This document shows positions 26,023 through 34,491 of a DNA stretch of 48,272 nt, in pieces. Both the position numbers and the translations under genes were made by a program. This DNA comes from a virus (taxonomy: Duplodnaviria > Caudoviricetes): positions 1 through 48,272 of the IMG/VR virus record IMGVR_UViG_3300031454_000009; one strand, 5' to 3'. A model generated the notes under the pieces. It saw nothing but the letters and a program-made list of their open reading frames with translations, was not told where the DNA came from and searched no databases. How positions within the stretch are numbered: position 1 is the first letter of the stretch; every line of letters starts with the position of its first letter.

Positions 26023-27255
26023 ATGCCTCTAGGCTCGGTGGCGGCATATCAAGCCGCTCTTGAAACGACTAACACCGCCATGTCCTACGCGATGGAAAGC
26101 ACATGGGCGACGGCGCCGGCTTCCACCTTCCAGGCCATGCGCATTCTGTCCGAGAGCATGGCGCACAAGAAAACCCGCACCCGTCCGCCCGAGATTCGCG
26201 GCGACCGCCAGTCGGCACCGGCGCTCACAACGCAAGAGGGTGCTAGCGGCAGCATCGTTTTCCCTGTGTTCTACTCGGAAACAGGGCGGGCCAGCCAGTT
26301 TGACGACTTCCTATCGTCCGTGGTCGGCGGCGATTGGCAGCCGCCGACCGTGATTGTGGCGGTCGGCGGCGATATCGCCCTTGGCGCTGGCGGTGTCTTG
26401 ACCAGCACTACGGCGGACAAGTTCGCAAGCATCCTTGTCAGCCAGGTTCTGAAGCTGAACGGCTTCACGAACGCCGTGAACAACGGCTTTTACCGGGTGG
26501 CGCAGGTCGTGTCGGGCAGCAGCCTTGTGCTGGCGCCCATCGGTTTCGTGCCCGTGGCGGAAACCCCGGCCGGCACCACGGCGCGCATCAGCTTCAGCAA
26601 CCTTCGCAATGGACAATTTTTCAAGTCCATTTTTGCGCAGCAAAGGCTTGACCCAGCGGGGACTAAATGGTTCCGTTATCCCGGAATTTACGCTACTAAG
26701 GGAAGTCTCACACTTTCACTTGGACAGTTTTTGCAAGCCAGTTTCGACGTGACGGCGCAGCAAGAAATGAGGGGCCTGACGGACGTTTCTACGGGTGGTA
26801 TTATCCCGGCGCCCAATACGCGCGATTACGATCCGATAGCCGGTTTCAAAGGTGTATTCTGGAACGATGCGCCCCTTGGAACAGGCGTCAATTCGGCAGG
26901 CTTTGACCTGATGAACGAAGGCGCAGCCGGTGAATACTTCCTCGGTAGCGCTCTTGCTCAGGGGATGCTAGGCGGCACCTTTATGGCGAACAGTCGCTCG
27001 GAATTTGCCGTGCGCGACTTTTTGCTATACGATGCATTCCGCGCGGAAACGCAGGGTGTTTACTCGGTGCATTATGGAGATCAGGTCGGGAACCGCTACG
27101 TTTTCACGATGCCAAACAGCATCATTATGTTTGACAGCGGCGTTCCGGTTTCTGGTAGCAATAAGATGCTGATGGCCAGCGTATCCGTCGAGGGGTCGCC
27201 GTCGAGTGAAGCGGGATGCACTATTAGCATTGACCGGTTCAGCGCCCTAGCCTGA
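26023..27255 (+). CDS. Tail tube protein with an inserted beta domain
   Basis: E.TWATAP..EIRGDRQ..; insert GFTNAVNNGFYRV; precedes the chaperones. Confidence 0.85.
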   Translation: MPLGSVAAYQAALETTNTAMSYAMESTWATAPASTFQAMRILSESMAHKKTRTRPPEIRGDRQSAPALTTQEGASGSIVFPVFYSETGRASQFDDFLSSVVGGDWQPPTVIVAVGGDIALGAGGVLTSTTADKFASILVSQVLKLNGFTNAVNNGFYRVAQVVSGSSLVLAPIGFVPVAETPAGTTARISFSNLRNGQFFKSIFAQQRLDPAGTKWFRYPGIYATKGSLTLSLGQFLQASFDVTAQQEMRGLTDVSTGGIIPAPNTRDYDPIAGFKGVFWNDAPLGTGVNSAGFDLMNEGAAGEYFLGSALAQGMLGGTFMANSRSEFAVRDFLLYDAFRAETQGVYSVHYGDQVGNRYVFTMPNSIIMFDSGVPVSGSNKMLMASVSVEGSPSSEAGCTISIDRFSALA

Positions 27256-27294
27256 TCCAGCTTCCAGCTTAGGCCGGAGGGCACCGCGCGGTGC

Positions 27295-27368
27295 AGGGGC
27301 GCCATCTGTCGGGGGTGGCGTTCCTATCATTCCCGAAACCCCGGCATGACCCCGGCAAGGATACCCGA
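27295..27368 (+). ncRNA. Candidate cis-regulatory hairpin / pseudoknot upstream of the tail chaperone gene
   Basis: 12-bp stem, loop TGTCGGG complementary to CCCGGCA at 27340 and 27351. Confidence 0.5.
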
Positions 27369-27817
27369 TGGCGGACTTGAACGACTTCATCATAGACCGC
27401 GACGCCGTGCGCGATGGCGAGTGGATCACGGTCGGCGACGGCGGCAACACCTTTGAGATACGCACGCGCGGCTTCACGCCGAAGTATCGTGATGCCCTGA
27501 ACGCGCTCCGCCGGCACGCGGCACGCGACCTGAACCGCAAGCTCCAGCCTGGCGACGCCATGTATAGCGCCGACACGCTGCCGCCATCGGCCGATGACAG
27601 GTGCCAAGGCCAGGCCACTGCGACGCACTGCGTCATGGACGTGCGCGGCCTCACCAGCAAGGGCGTGGCCGTCACCGTCGAGCAGTTCCGCGATCTGCTG
27701 TCCGACCCCGAGGGACGCACCGGCCTGCTGATCTTGGCCATCGGTGCCGCCAGCCGGGTCGGCACGGATCGCAAGGAGGAAACCGCGGTCGCTGAGGGAA
27801 ACTCATTGCCCGCCTAA
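27368..27817 (+). CDS. Tail assembly chaperone (gpG-like)
   Basis: Position; ends EGN over a slippery site. Confidence 0.85.
   Translation: MADLNDFIIDRDAVRDGEWITVGDGGNTFEIRTRGFTPKYRDALNALRRHAARDLNRKLQPGDAMYSADTLPPSADDRCQGQATATHCVMDVRGLTSKGVAVTVEQFRDLLSDPEGRTGLLILAIGAASRVGTDRKEETAVAEGNSLPA
27796..27802 (+). other. -1 programmed frameshift site G GGA AAC
   Basis: X XXY YYZ in the correct phase; -1 frame open to 28203. Confidence 0.88.
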
Positions 27818-28203
27818 GCCACGGTCTGGCATGGGCGGGCCGCGAGCTGCTGTTGGCCGAGTTGCCGGACGAGGATCGCCCTTCGGTGCCCGATCTGCTG
27901 CCGTGGGCTGAAACGCCTTGGCGAGCCTGGAACGAACTCAACGCAGAGCGCGGCTACACCCTCTCAGGATTTGCCGCCCCGATGGGTGCCATGATCCTAA
28001 AGTCCCGGCCGCTTCCCATCCCTTGGTCAAGCATCCAAGCGTGGTGCGACCGGGCCGGGTGTGATCCTGACGACCGGACAGAGTTCGTCGTGCCGCTGGT
28101 GCAGGCGATGGACCGGGAGTTCCTGGCGCACTGGGCCGCGCAAGAGGCCGCACCTCCTAGCGAGCCTGTTGCCGCTAAGCTGTCTCGATGGGAGCAAGGG
28201 TGA
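27802..28203 (+). CDS. gpT-like part of the frameshifted chaperone
   Basis: WRAWNELNAER..PIPWSSIQAWCD..VQAMDREFL; reached by the -1 shift. Confidence 0.82.
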   Translation, partial: LIARLSHGLAWAGRELLLAELPDEDRPSVPDLLPWAETPWRAWNELNAERGYTLSGFAAPMGAMILKSRPLPIPWSSIQAWCDRAGCDPDDRTEFVVPLVQAMDREFLAHWAAQEAAPPSEPVAAKLSRWEQG

Positions 28204-28811
28204 TGGCCGCAACGCGTCTGGCCCGCACGGTGCGGGTGTTCGCGGATCGCACGCTATCCCCGGCTGCGCTGTCACTGCATCTCGCCACGGAAGCAAGGCG
28301 GCTGCGTGACGATCTGGTGGCGACGGGGCAGGCGCCCGCATCTTGGCGCACCTTCGTGGATGGACGCGAGAGTGCGGCCGAAACCACGGCGCGGCGTGTC
28401 ATAGAATACAAGTTCAGCCTGCTGACCCAGGCTGTAGGGTTCGCGCTGGGCTACTGCATCGCCCGCAGCCCCGTGCAATCCGGCCGATTCCGCAAGTCGT
28501 GGTTCGTCGCCGTGAACGGCTTGCGCTGGGGAAGCGACCTGACCGCCATCCCGGCAAGTGCCGAGGTGATGGTCACGAACGATCAGCCCTATGCGCGCAA
28601 GATCGACGTGGGCGCGATGCGGATGCGGGTGCCGCCGGGCATCGTGGAGGCGGCGCGGCAGGCGGTGCAGCGCGCGTATCCCAGCATCAAGGCCGAGCGC
28701 AGCTTCCTGCTGCTGCCGAGCGGCTACGTGCTGAAGCGGCACGGCGGACGGCGCGACACACGGGCGGGGCAGGCCCTGACCTACCCCGCGCTGATCCTTA
28801 GCCCGCGATAG
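28203..28811 (+). CDS. Neck / tail completion protein (HK97 gp10-like)
   Basis: RSPVQSGRFRKSW..NDQPYARKIDVG..PPGIVE. Confidence 0.7.
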   Translation: MAATRLARTVRVFADRTLSPAALSLHLATEARRLRDDLVATGQAPASWRTFVDGRESAAETTARRVIEYKFSLLTQAVGFALGYCIARSPVQSGRFRKSWFVAVNGLRWGSDLTAIPASAEVMVTNDQPYARKIDVGAMRMRVPPGIVEAARQAVQRAYPSIKAERSFLLLPSGYVLKRHGGRRDTRAGQALTYPALILSPR

Positions 28812-28832
28812 GGGCTTTCCCGAACGCTCTGC

Positions 28833-28867
28833 AACGCATATACTCTTGACCACGGAACACTTGCGTC
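28833..28867 (+). promoter_or_regulatory. Conserved late element, copy 2, with TATACT, upstream of the tape measure gene
   Basis: AACGCA-TATACTCTTGAC-CACGGAACACTTGCGTC; same spacing as 17795-17829. Confidence 0.65.
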
Positions 28868-28893
28868 TGGCGTCTGGCTAGACCGTTCCGCTT

Positions 28894-28917
28894 AGGCCCT
28901 TCGGGGCTTGTCCTTTT
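28894..28917 (+). terminator. Terminator-like hairpin
   Basis: AGGCCC-TTCG-GGGCTT followed by GTCCTTTT. Confidence 0.6.
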
Positions 28918-28935
28918 GGGTTGGGAGGCAGGCGC

Positions 28936-31900
28936 ATGTCAGCGACTGTCGAATCCCTATCCGTCCAGTTCCAGGATGGCGTTACGGCAGGCGCGCAGGC
29001 AGCTGCTGCCGCCATGGACAAGCTGGCGGCGGCGATGGATCGGACCGCAGCATCCTCGGATGCCAGCGATCAGGTCATACGCCGTCGAGGCCCCTCGGCC
29101 GACAGCGTAACGCAAAAGATTGACGGCCAGGCCGCGGCGACGGCTCGGCTTGAGGCCATAGAGCGCACCTACCAGGCGCGGGCGCAGGCGCTGACCGCTT
29201 CCATGGCAGCGCAGGGCGCGTCGGCGACGGAAACGGCTGAGGCATTGCGGCGGCTTGGCGTGCTGCGCGATCAGGACGCGGCCAGGGCCAAGGCGCAGGG
29301 CGATGCGATAGAGCAGCGGTTTGCTCCCGCCGCTGCTGCAACGCAGAAGTTAAGCGAGTCCACGGGGGCTGCTGCCGCATCGGCCCGTAATATGGGCATC
29401 CAGTTCGTGCAGGGGATCAGCGGCATCGCGACCGGCCAGCCGATCTTCACGACGCTTATCCAGCAGGGCCACCAAGTCGTTGACATGCAGCTCGCGATGG
29501 GCACCGGCATTAAGGGTACTGCCGATGCTTTCCGGGGCATGATTGCCGGTATCGGCGGGTTGCCGACGTTGCTTGCAGTCGGCGTCGTTGGGGCTTTCGC
29601 TGCCGTTACCGCTGCGGCGATCAGCAGCGCAGGTCGTCTGGCAGAGATACGGACATCGCTCCGCGCTACCCAGGAGGGCTATGCTGGGCTGGCCGATACG
29701 GTTGACGCGACCGCTCGCAGGATTGCCGCATCGTCCAGTTTGGGCCTGAAGGAAGCAACCCAGGCTGTGCAGGGGCTTGCAGGGGCCAAGTATTTCTCTG
29801 GCACGGCCCGCGATCTTGAGGAGCTGACCCGGTTGGCCGCCGACTTGGGGCATACGATGGGCGGCGATGCCGCATCCGGCGCAAAGACGCTGCGCGACCT
29901 GATGGATGACACCTCCAAGGCAGCGCATTCCTTGGCGGAACAGGGCTTTCGCACCCTCACGCCGGACGTGCTGCGCTACATTGACGCAGCGCAGGCGGGC
30001 GGCGACCGCAGCAAGGCTTTCAGCGCTGCGCTGGCCGCAATTAGCGCCGTCGCCAAGGGTGCGGCGAACGATGTTGACCCGGTCACGAAAGCATGGCGCG
30101 AGCTGGGAAACACTGTCACGTCCAGCACGGAAGGATGGAAGCCAGCCAAGGATTACCTCGTCGGGGAGTTGGCGCAGGCGATCAAAGACACGACCTACCT
30201 CGTTGAGAAGCTGATTGCTGTCTGGAATGCCTTTAAGAACATCGGGTCTGGCCTGTCCTCAAAGGATGGCGATAGCTGGAACAACCTAAAGGGTCTCGGG
30301 CCTGGTCTGTCCGCAAAGGACGCCGATGCCATTTTTAGCAGCGGGCGAACGGGGGGTGGGCCAGCCGCTACTGCGTTGGGACGGAACACGACCTCGGATA
30401 GCGCAGCATCAGTTTCCGTTTCTGCAAACGCAGTAGCGACCGAAATTGCCACTATTCTTCGCACACAGTTTCAGGCAAACGACAGCCAAATTGCCGGAAT
30501 GCTTGGGAACGCCTTCAAGGAGAGCGGGCTTCGGCCAAACGCCAGCATAATAGACAGCAACGGCCTTCCCAGCGTTGGCCTGTGGCAGCACAACGGCCCG
30601 CGGGCAACTGCGTTGGCCGCTTCCGCCGGAGTAGCAACAGGGGACCAGGCTAGCGTCGCCCAACAAGTTTCGTTCACAATGGGCGAAATCACGCGTTCCC
30701 CATCGTTCAAGGCGATGTGGGATCGGATGGCTACGCAAAGCCCGTCCCAGGCTGCCGGGGAATATAACCGCGTATTTGAGAACCCCAAGAACCCCGGCGC
30801 AACTACCCCGATTGCTGCTGCGGCAGCGGATCGCTTTTCTGGGGCGGGCGGCGTTATCTCTAGGCTGCCAGCGGCAACTCCGCAGATGGTGGACGATACC
30901 CGTGCGTTGGCCGATACGCTGGCAAAGGCGACTGAAAACGCGCGAGCCTTCACGGAGGTGAAACTCGCCGCCGAGTTGGATGCGACCGGCAAGCGGATGG
31001 GCGATCTCATCACGCTGGGGCAGCAGGACAGCGCCGAGTTCCAGGCACTGGCCCAGCGCGCGCAAGAGTTGACTGCTGCCCGCTATAAGAACGTGGACGC
31101 TGAAACAGAGGCCCAGCGCGCCGCTGCCAGTTCTTTGCGCGCAACGCAAGGCATGACGGCGGGTGAGCAAGGGCTTGCGGCGGCAATTGAAGCCCGCCGT
31201 CAGGTGTCCGTGAATGCCGGCTTGCCGTTCGGCACGGCGCAGCAGCAGCAGGCCACGCTGGAATATTTGGCGAAGCAGTCGCAGGAAGCGGAACGTCTCG
31301 CCTTTTCTTTGGCCACGACGCAGCACAACAGCACCGAGATGGCGTCTGCCTTTGACAAGGGCAATCAATCGGTCGTGGATGCCACTGCCAAGCAGCAGGC
31401 GTTCATTGAGGTGCAACGGCTGTTCCCAGGCAATACGGCCAAGCAGAGCGAGGCGCTGGCCGCGCTCACGCAGGTTTACAAGGACGTGGCCCGCACCGCA
31501 GCGGAAGCCGGCGTGGCCCAGCAAAACGCCCAAGGCCGCGACAATCTGATCTACATCCAGGCCGAAACCAGCACCATCGGCCTCAATGCCGACCAGCGCA
31601 CGAAGCTGCTGGCCGTGATGAAGGCCGAGCAGGACATGCACCGCCGGTTCGGCGACGTGCTGCCCAAGGAGGCGCAGGACTACATAGAGCTGACTTCTCG
31701 CACGGCGGACGCGACGGCGGCGTTCCAGCACCAGAAGTCCGTCATGGACGAGCTAAGCGGCTTCGTCAGCAGCACCTTCGACACGATTGCGAACTCAATC
31801 ACGTCGGCCATGGCGACCGGGCAGCTTTCCATGGTCAAGCTGGGCGACATCGGCAAGTCCGTCGTCAGCGCGCTGCTGTCGGAGTTCGTGAAGCTGGCCG

Positions 31901-34491
31901 CGATCAACCCGCTCAAGAACGCCCTGTTCGGCACCACGTCGCCGGTGCTGGGCGAGGTGGGCGGCCTGCTAAGCAACCTTGGCGGCGGCTCCGGCCTGGC
32001 CACCGGCGGCGACGCTGCCGGGCTGGCAGGCGCCGCCGCGGGCTTGGCCTCCTTGTTTGGCGGCAAGGGCGTAAGCGCCGACGCCAGCGGCAAGATCGCA
32101 GGCGGCAGTGGTGGCGGCGTCCTGGATCAGCTCGGCAGCGTCGCCAGCCTGGCCAAGAGCGCCGATGCGGTATCCGGCGGCAGCATTCTGTCTGGGGTCA
32201 AGGATTTCCTTGGGTTCGGCAGTTCTGCCGCCAGCACAGCGGGCGGGTTCGGAACTGCAAACGTAGGTTCTGCCGGCCAAACCCTGGCCGGTGGCGGATT
32301 ACTATCCGGTGCCGGGATTGCAGGCGCGGCAACCAGCTTCTTCGGCAACGCATCGGCCGCGACGAACATCGCCCTGGACTCGCTCGGCACCGTGGGCGGC
32401 GCGGCCATCCAGGGCGTCGCCACGTCCGCCCAGGTGGCCACGGCCAGCATCGCAAGCGGCGTGGGGTTCAGCACCGGGGCGTCGTCGGCCATCACGTCCG
32501 GCATCAGCAGCATCAGCAGCGCGCTCCCCGTGATCGGGGCGGGCATCGGCGTCGTCACCAACCTGATCCAGGGCAACTACACGGGCGCGGCATTGGTCGC
32601 GACCGGCGCAGCCATCGGCAGCATCATCCCCGGCGTCGGCACGGCGCTGGGTGCCGCCATAGGCGGCATCGTCGGCACGTTCTTCACCCCGCACCCGAAG
32701 AACCCCTACCAGTCCACCGAGCTGAACACCGCGGACGGTCGCCTGCTGCGCGGCAAGACGGTCTCGCAGGTGGAGAACGCCCAGGCCGCTAAGGACTCTG
32801 TGGACGCTTTCGCCACCGGGGTGAACCAAATCCTGGACGTGGCCGGGCTGAAGCTCGCCAACACCGCCGGCAAGATCGGTAACGTCGGCGACATGTTCCT
32901 GAAGTCGGATCATCCAGACGCGAAAAGCCCGTCCGAGCTGTTCAACCGGCTGCGTTTCACGGACGGAACCAACGACGGGTCCAACTATGCCGTCGCCAAG
33001 GCCGGCGACCTGCCGGGCATGTCGTTCGCGGACCCTACGGCCCTGCAAGCCGAGCTGCTCAAGATCGCCGGCTTCGCGTCCGGCCTGGATGCGCTCGGTA
33101 TCCACCTCAAGGCGGTCGGCGAGAAGCTGACGGCGATCCAGATTGCCAGCGTGGACCTGCAGGCTTCAAACGGGCCGCCAAGCGACCTCCGCACCGCCCT
33201 GTCCAACGCCCTGCCAAGGCAGACCTATGCGGACACGGCGGCCCTGGACGCCGAAATCGCCAAGGTTAACACCTTCGTCAACGGCACCATGCCGAGCCTG
33301 CTGAACCCGGTGTTTGAGTCCACTTCGCAGCTGATGACCCAGTTGGGTGCGGTCGGGGTGCAGTATGCCGAGGCGATCAAGCAGGCGCAGTCCTACGGCC
33401 TGGCCACGGACGGCCTGACCAAGGCGCAGGCCAAGGCGGTCGAGCTGCTGCAGGCTCCGGCGCTCAAGGCGCTGCTGCTGTCCAACACAGGTATTGAGCT
33501 GCGCGGCGCCGCCGCCCGCGGGGAGGACACGACCGCGCTGCAACTGCGCCAGTTCGACCTGCAGGGCGGCCAGCAGCGCCAAGCCCTGGCGCAGCAATAC
33601 AAGGACATCTACGGCAGCGAGTTCGCCCCCGATGCCGTCAAGAGCTACCGCGCCGCGTCCCTGGAACTGGATCGCACGCTGGCGGCTGAGCGGCTGACAG
33701 TCCAGGCCAAGATGAACGCCGACCTGGTTGCGAACGAGCAGCAGGCCGCCGCCGCCCGCAAGGCCGCCGCGCGGGCGTTCGGCGACGCGCAGGACGCCGC
33801 AAACGACGCCTTCACCGGCATTCGCGCCCGGCAAGCCACGCTGTCCGGGGACACCAAGGGCGCCGAACTGCTCGGCTACGACGCCAAGGCCGCGCAGGAG
33901 AGCAAGGCATACGCACGCCAGCTCGTGGATTTCTTCGGGGACAGCTACTACCAATCCGCAGACTACCAGAACCGGATGAGCGAGTTGGAGACGGTCCACC
34001 AGCAGGAGCGGCTGGCCATCGTCACCAAGGGCGGTGCAGACGCCAACAACGCGCTGGCCGCAGCGCAGTCCAGCGTCGGCAACGTCATCACCTCGCTGAC
34101 CGACTATGCCCGCAGCCTGCAAACCGGCGCGGACAGCCCCTTGTCGGCGACGGCGCAATACGACTTGGCCAAGGGCCAGTTCCAGGCGGTCCAGGGTGCC
34201 GCCGCAGCCGGCGACTTCAACAGCGCGTCCAAGCTGCAAGGCTACAGCCAGGCGTTCCTGTCGGCGTCGCGCGGCGTGAACGGCTCTGGCCAGGGCTATG
34301 CCAGCGACTACAGCACCGTGTTGTCCGCCATCCAGGCCATCGCCAGCGCCCCGAGCGACGCCCTCACGAACAGCGCCATGCTGGCCGCCACGCGCGATCA
34401 GACGACGACGCTGGCGGCGAAGTTTGATGAACTGAAGGCTGAGCTGGTTGCCGTCCGCCGCGAGCTGCAGCAGCAGGCGAGGGCGGCCTGA
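28936..34491 (+). CDS. Tape measure protein with an embedded tail-lysozyme domain
   Basis: About 1850 aa, Ala-rich; GQPIFTTLIQQG; IAGMLGNAFKESG..GLWQH. Confidence 0.93.
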   Translation: MSATVESLSVQFQDGVTAGAQAAAAAMDKLAAAMDRTAASSDASDQVIRRRGPSADSVTQKIDGQAAATARLEAIERTYQARAQALTASMAAQGASATETAEALRRLGVLRDQDAARAKAQGDAIEQRFAPAAAATQKLSESTGAAAASARNMGIQFVQGISGIATGQPIFTTLIQQGHQVVDMQLAMGTGIKGTADAFRGMIAGIGGLPTLLAVGVVGAFAAVTAAAISSAGRLAEIRTSLRATQEGYAGLADTVDATARRIAASSSLGLKEATQAVQGLAGAKYFSGTARDLEELTRLAADLGHTMGGDAASGAKTLRDLMDDTSKAAHSLAEQGFRTLTPDVLRYIDAAQAGGDRSKAFSAALAAISAVAKGAANDVDPVTKAWRELGNTVTSSTEGWKPAKDYLVGELAQAIKDTTYLVEKLIAVWNAFKNIGSGLSSKDGDSWNNLKGLGPGLSAKDADAIFSSGRTGGGPAATALGRNTTSDSAASVSVSANAVATEIATILRTQFQANDSQIAGMLGNAFKESGLRPNASIIDSNGLPSVGLWQHNGPRATALAASAGVATGDQASVAQQVSFTMGEITRSPSFKAMWDRMATQSPSQAAGEYNRVFENPKNPGATTPIAAAAADRFSGAGGVISRLPAATPQMVDDTRALADTLAKATENARAFTEVKLAAELDATGKRMGDLITLGQQDSAEFQALAQRAQELTAARYKNVDAETEAQRAAASSLRATQGMTAGEQGLAAAIEARRQVSVNAGLPFGTAQQQQATLEYLAKQSQEAERLAFSLATTQHNSTEMASAFDKGNQSVVDATAKQQAFIEVQRLFPGNTAKQSEALAALTQVYKDVARTAAEAGVAQQNAQGRDNLIYIQAETSTIGLNADQRTKLLAVMKAEQDMHRRFGDVLPKEAQDYIELTSRTADATAAFQHQKSVMDELSGFVSSTFDTIANSITSAMATGQLSMVKLGDIGKSVVSALLSEFVKLAAINPLKNALFGTTSPVLGEVGGLLSNLGGGSGLATGGDAAGLAGAAAGLASLFGGKGVSADASGKIAGGSGGGVLDQLGSVASLAKSADAVSGGSILSGVKDFLGFGSSAASTAGGFGTANVGSAGQTLAGGGLLSGAGIAGAATSFFGNASAATNIALDSLGTVGGAAIQGVATSAQVATASIASGVGFSTGASSAITSGISSISSALPVIGAGIGVVTNLIQGNYTGAALVATGAAIGSIIPGVGTALGAAIGGIVGTFFTPHPKNPYQSTELNTADGRLLRGKTVSQVENAQAAKDSVDAFATGVNQILDVAGLKLANTAGKIGNVGDMFLKSDHPDAKSPSELFNRLRFTDGTNDGSNYAVAKAGDLPGMSFADPTALQAELLKIAGFASGLDALGIHLKAVGEKLTAIQIASVDLQASNGPPSDLRTALSNALPRQTYADTAALDAEIAKVNTFVNGTMPSLLNPVFESTSQLMTQLGAVGVQYAEAIKQAQSYGLATDGLTKAQAKAVELLQAPALKALLLSNTGIELRGAAARGEDTTALQLRQFDLQGGQQRQALAQQYKDIYGSEFAPDAVKSYRAASLELDRTLAAERLTVQAKMNADLVANEQQAAAARKAAARAFGDAQDAANDAFTGIRARQATLSGDTKGAELLGYDAKAAQESKAYARQLVDFFGDSYYQSADYQNRMSELETVHQQERLAIVTKGGADANNALAAAQSSVGNVITSLTDYARSLQTGADSPLSATAQYDLAKGQFQAVQGAAAAGDFNSASKLQGYSQAFLSASRGVNGSGQGYASDYSTVLSAIQAIASAPSDALTNSAMLAATRDQTTTLAAKFDELKAELVAVRRELQQQARAA

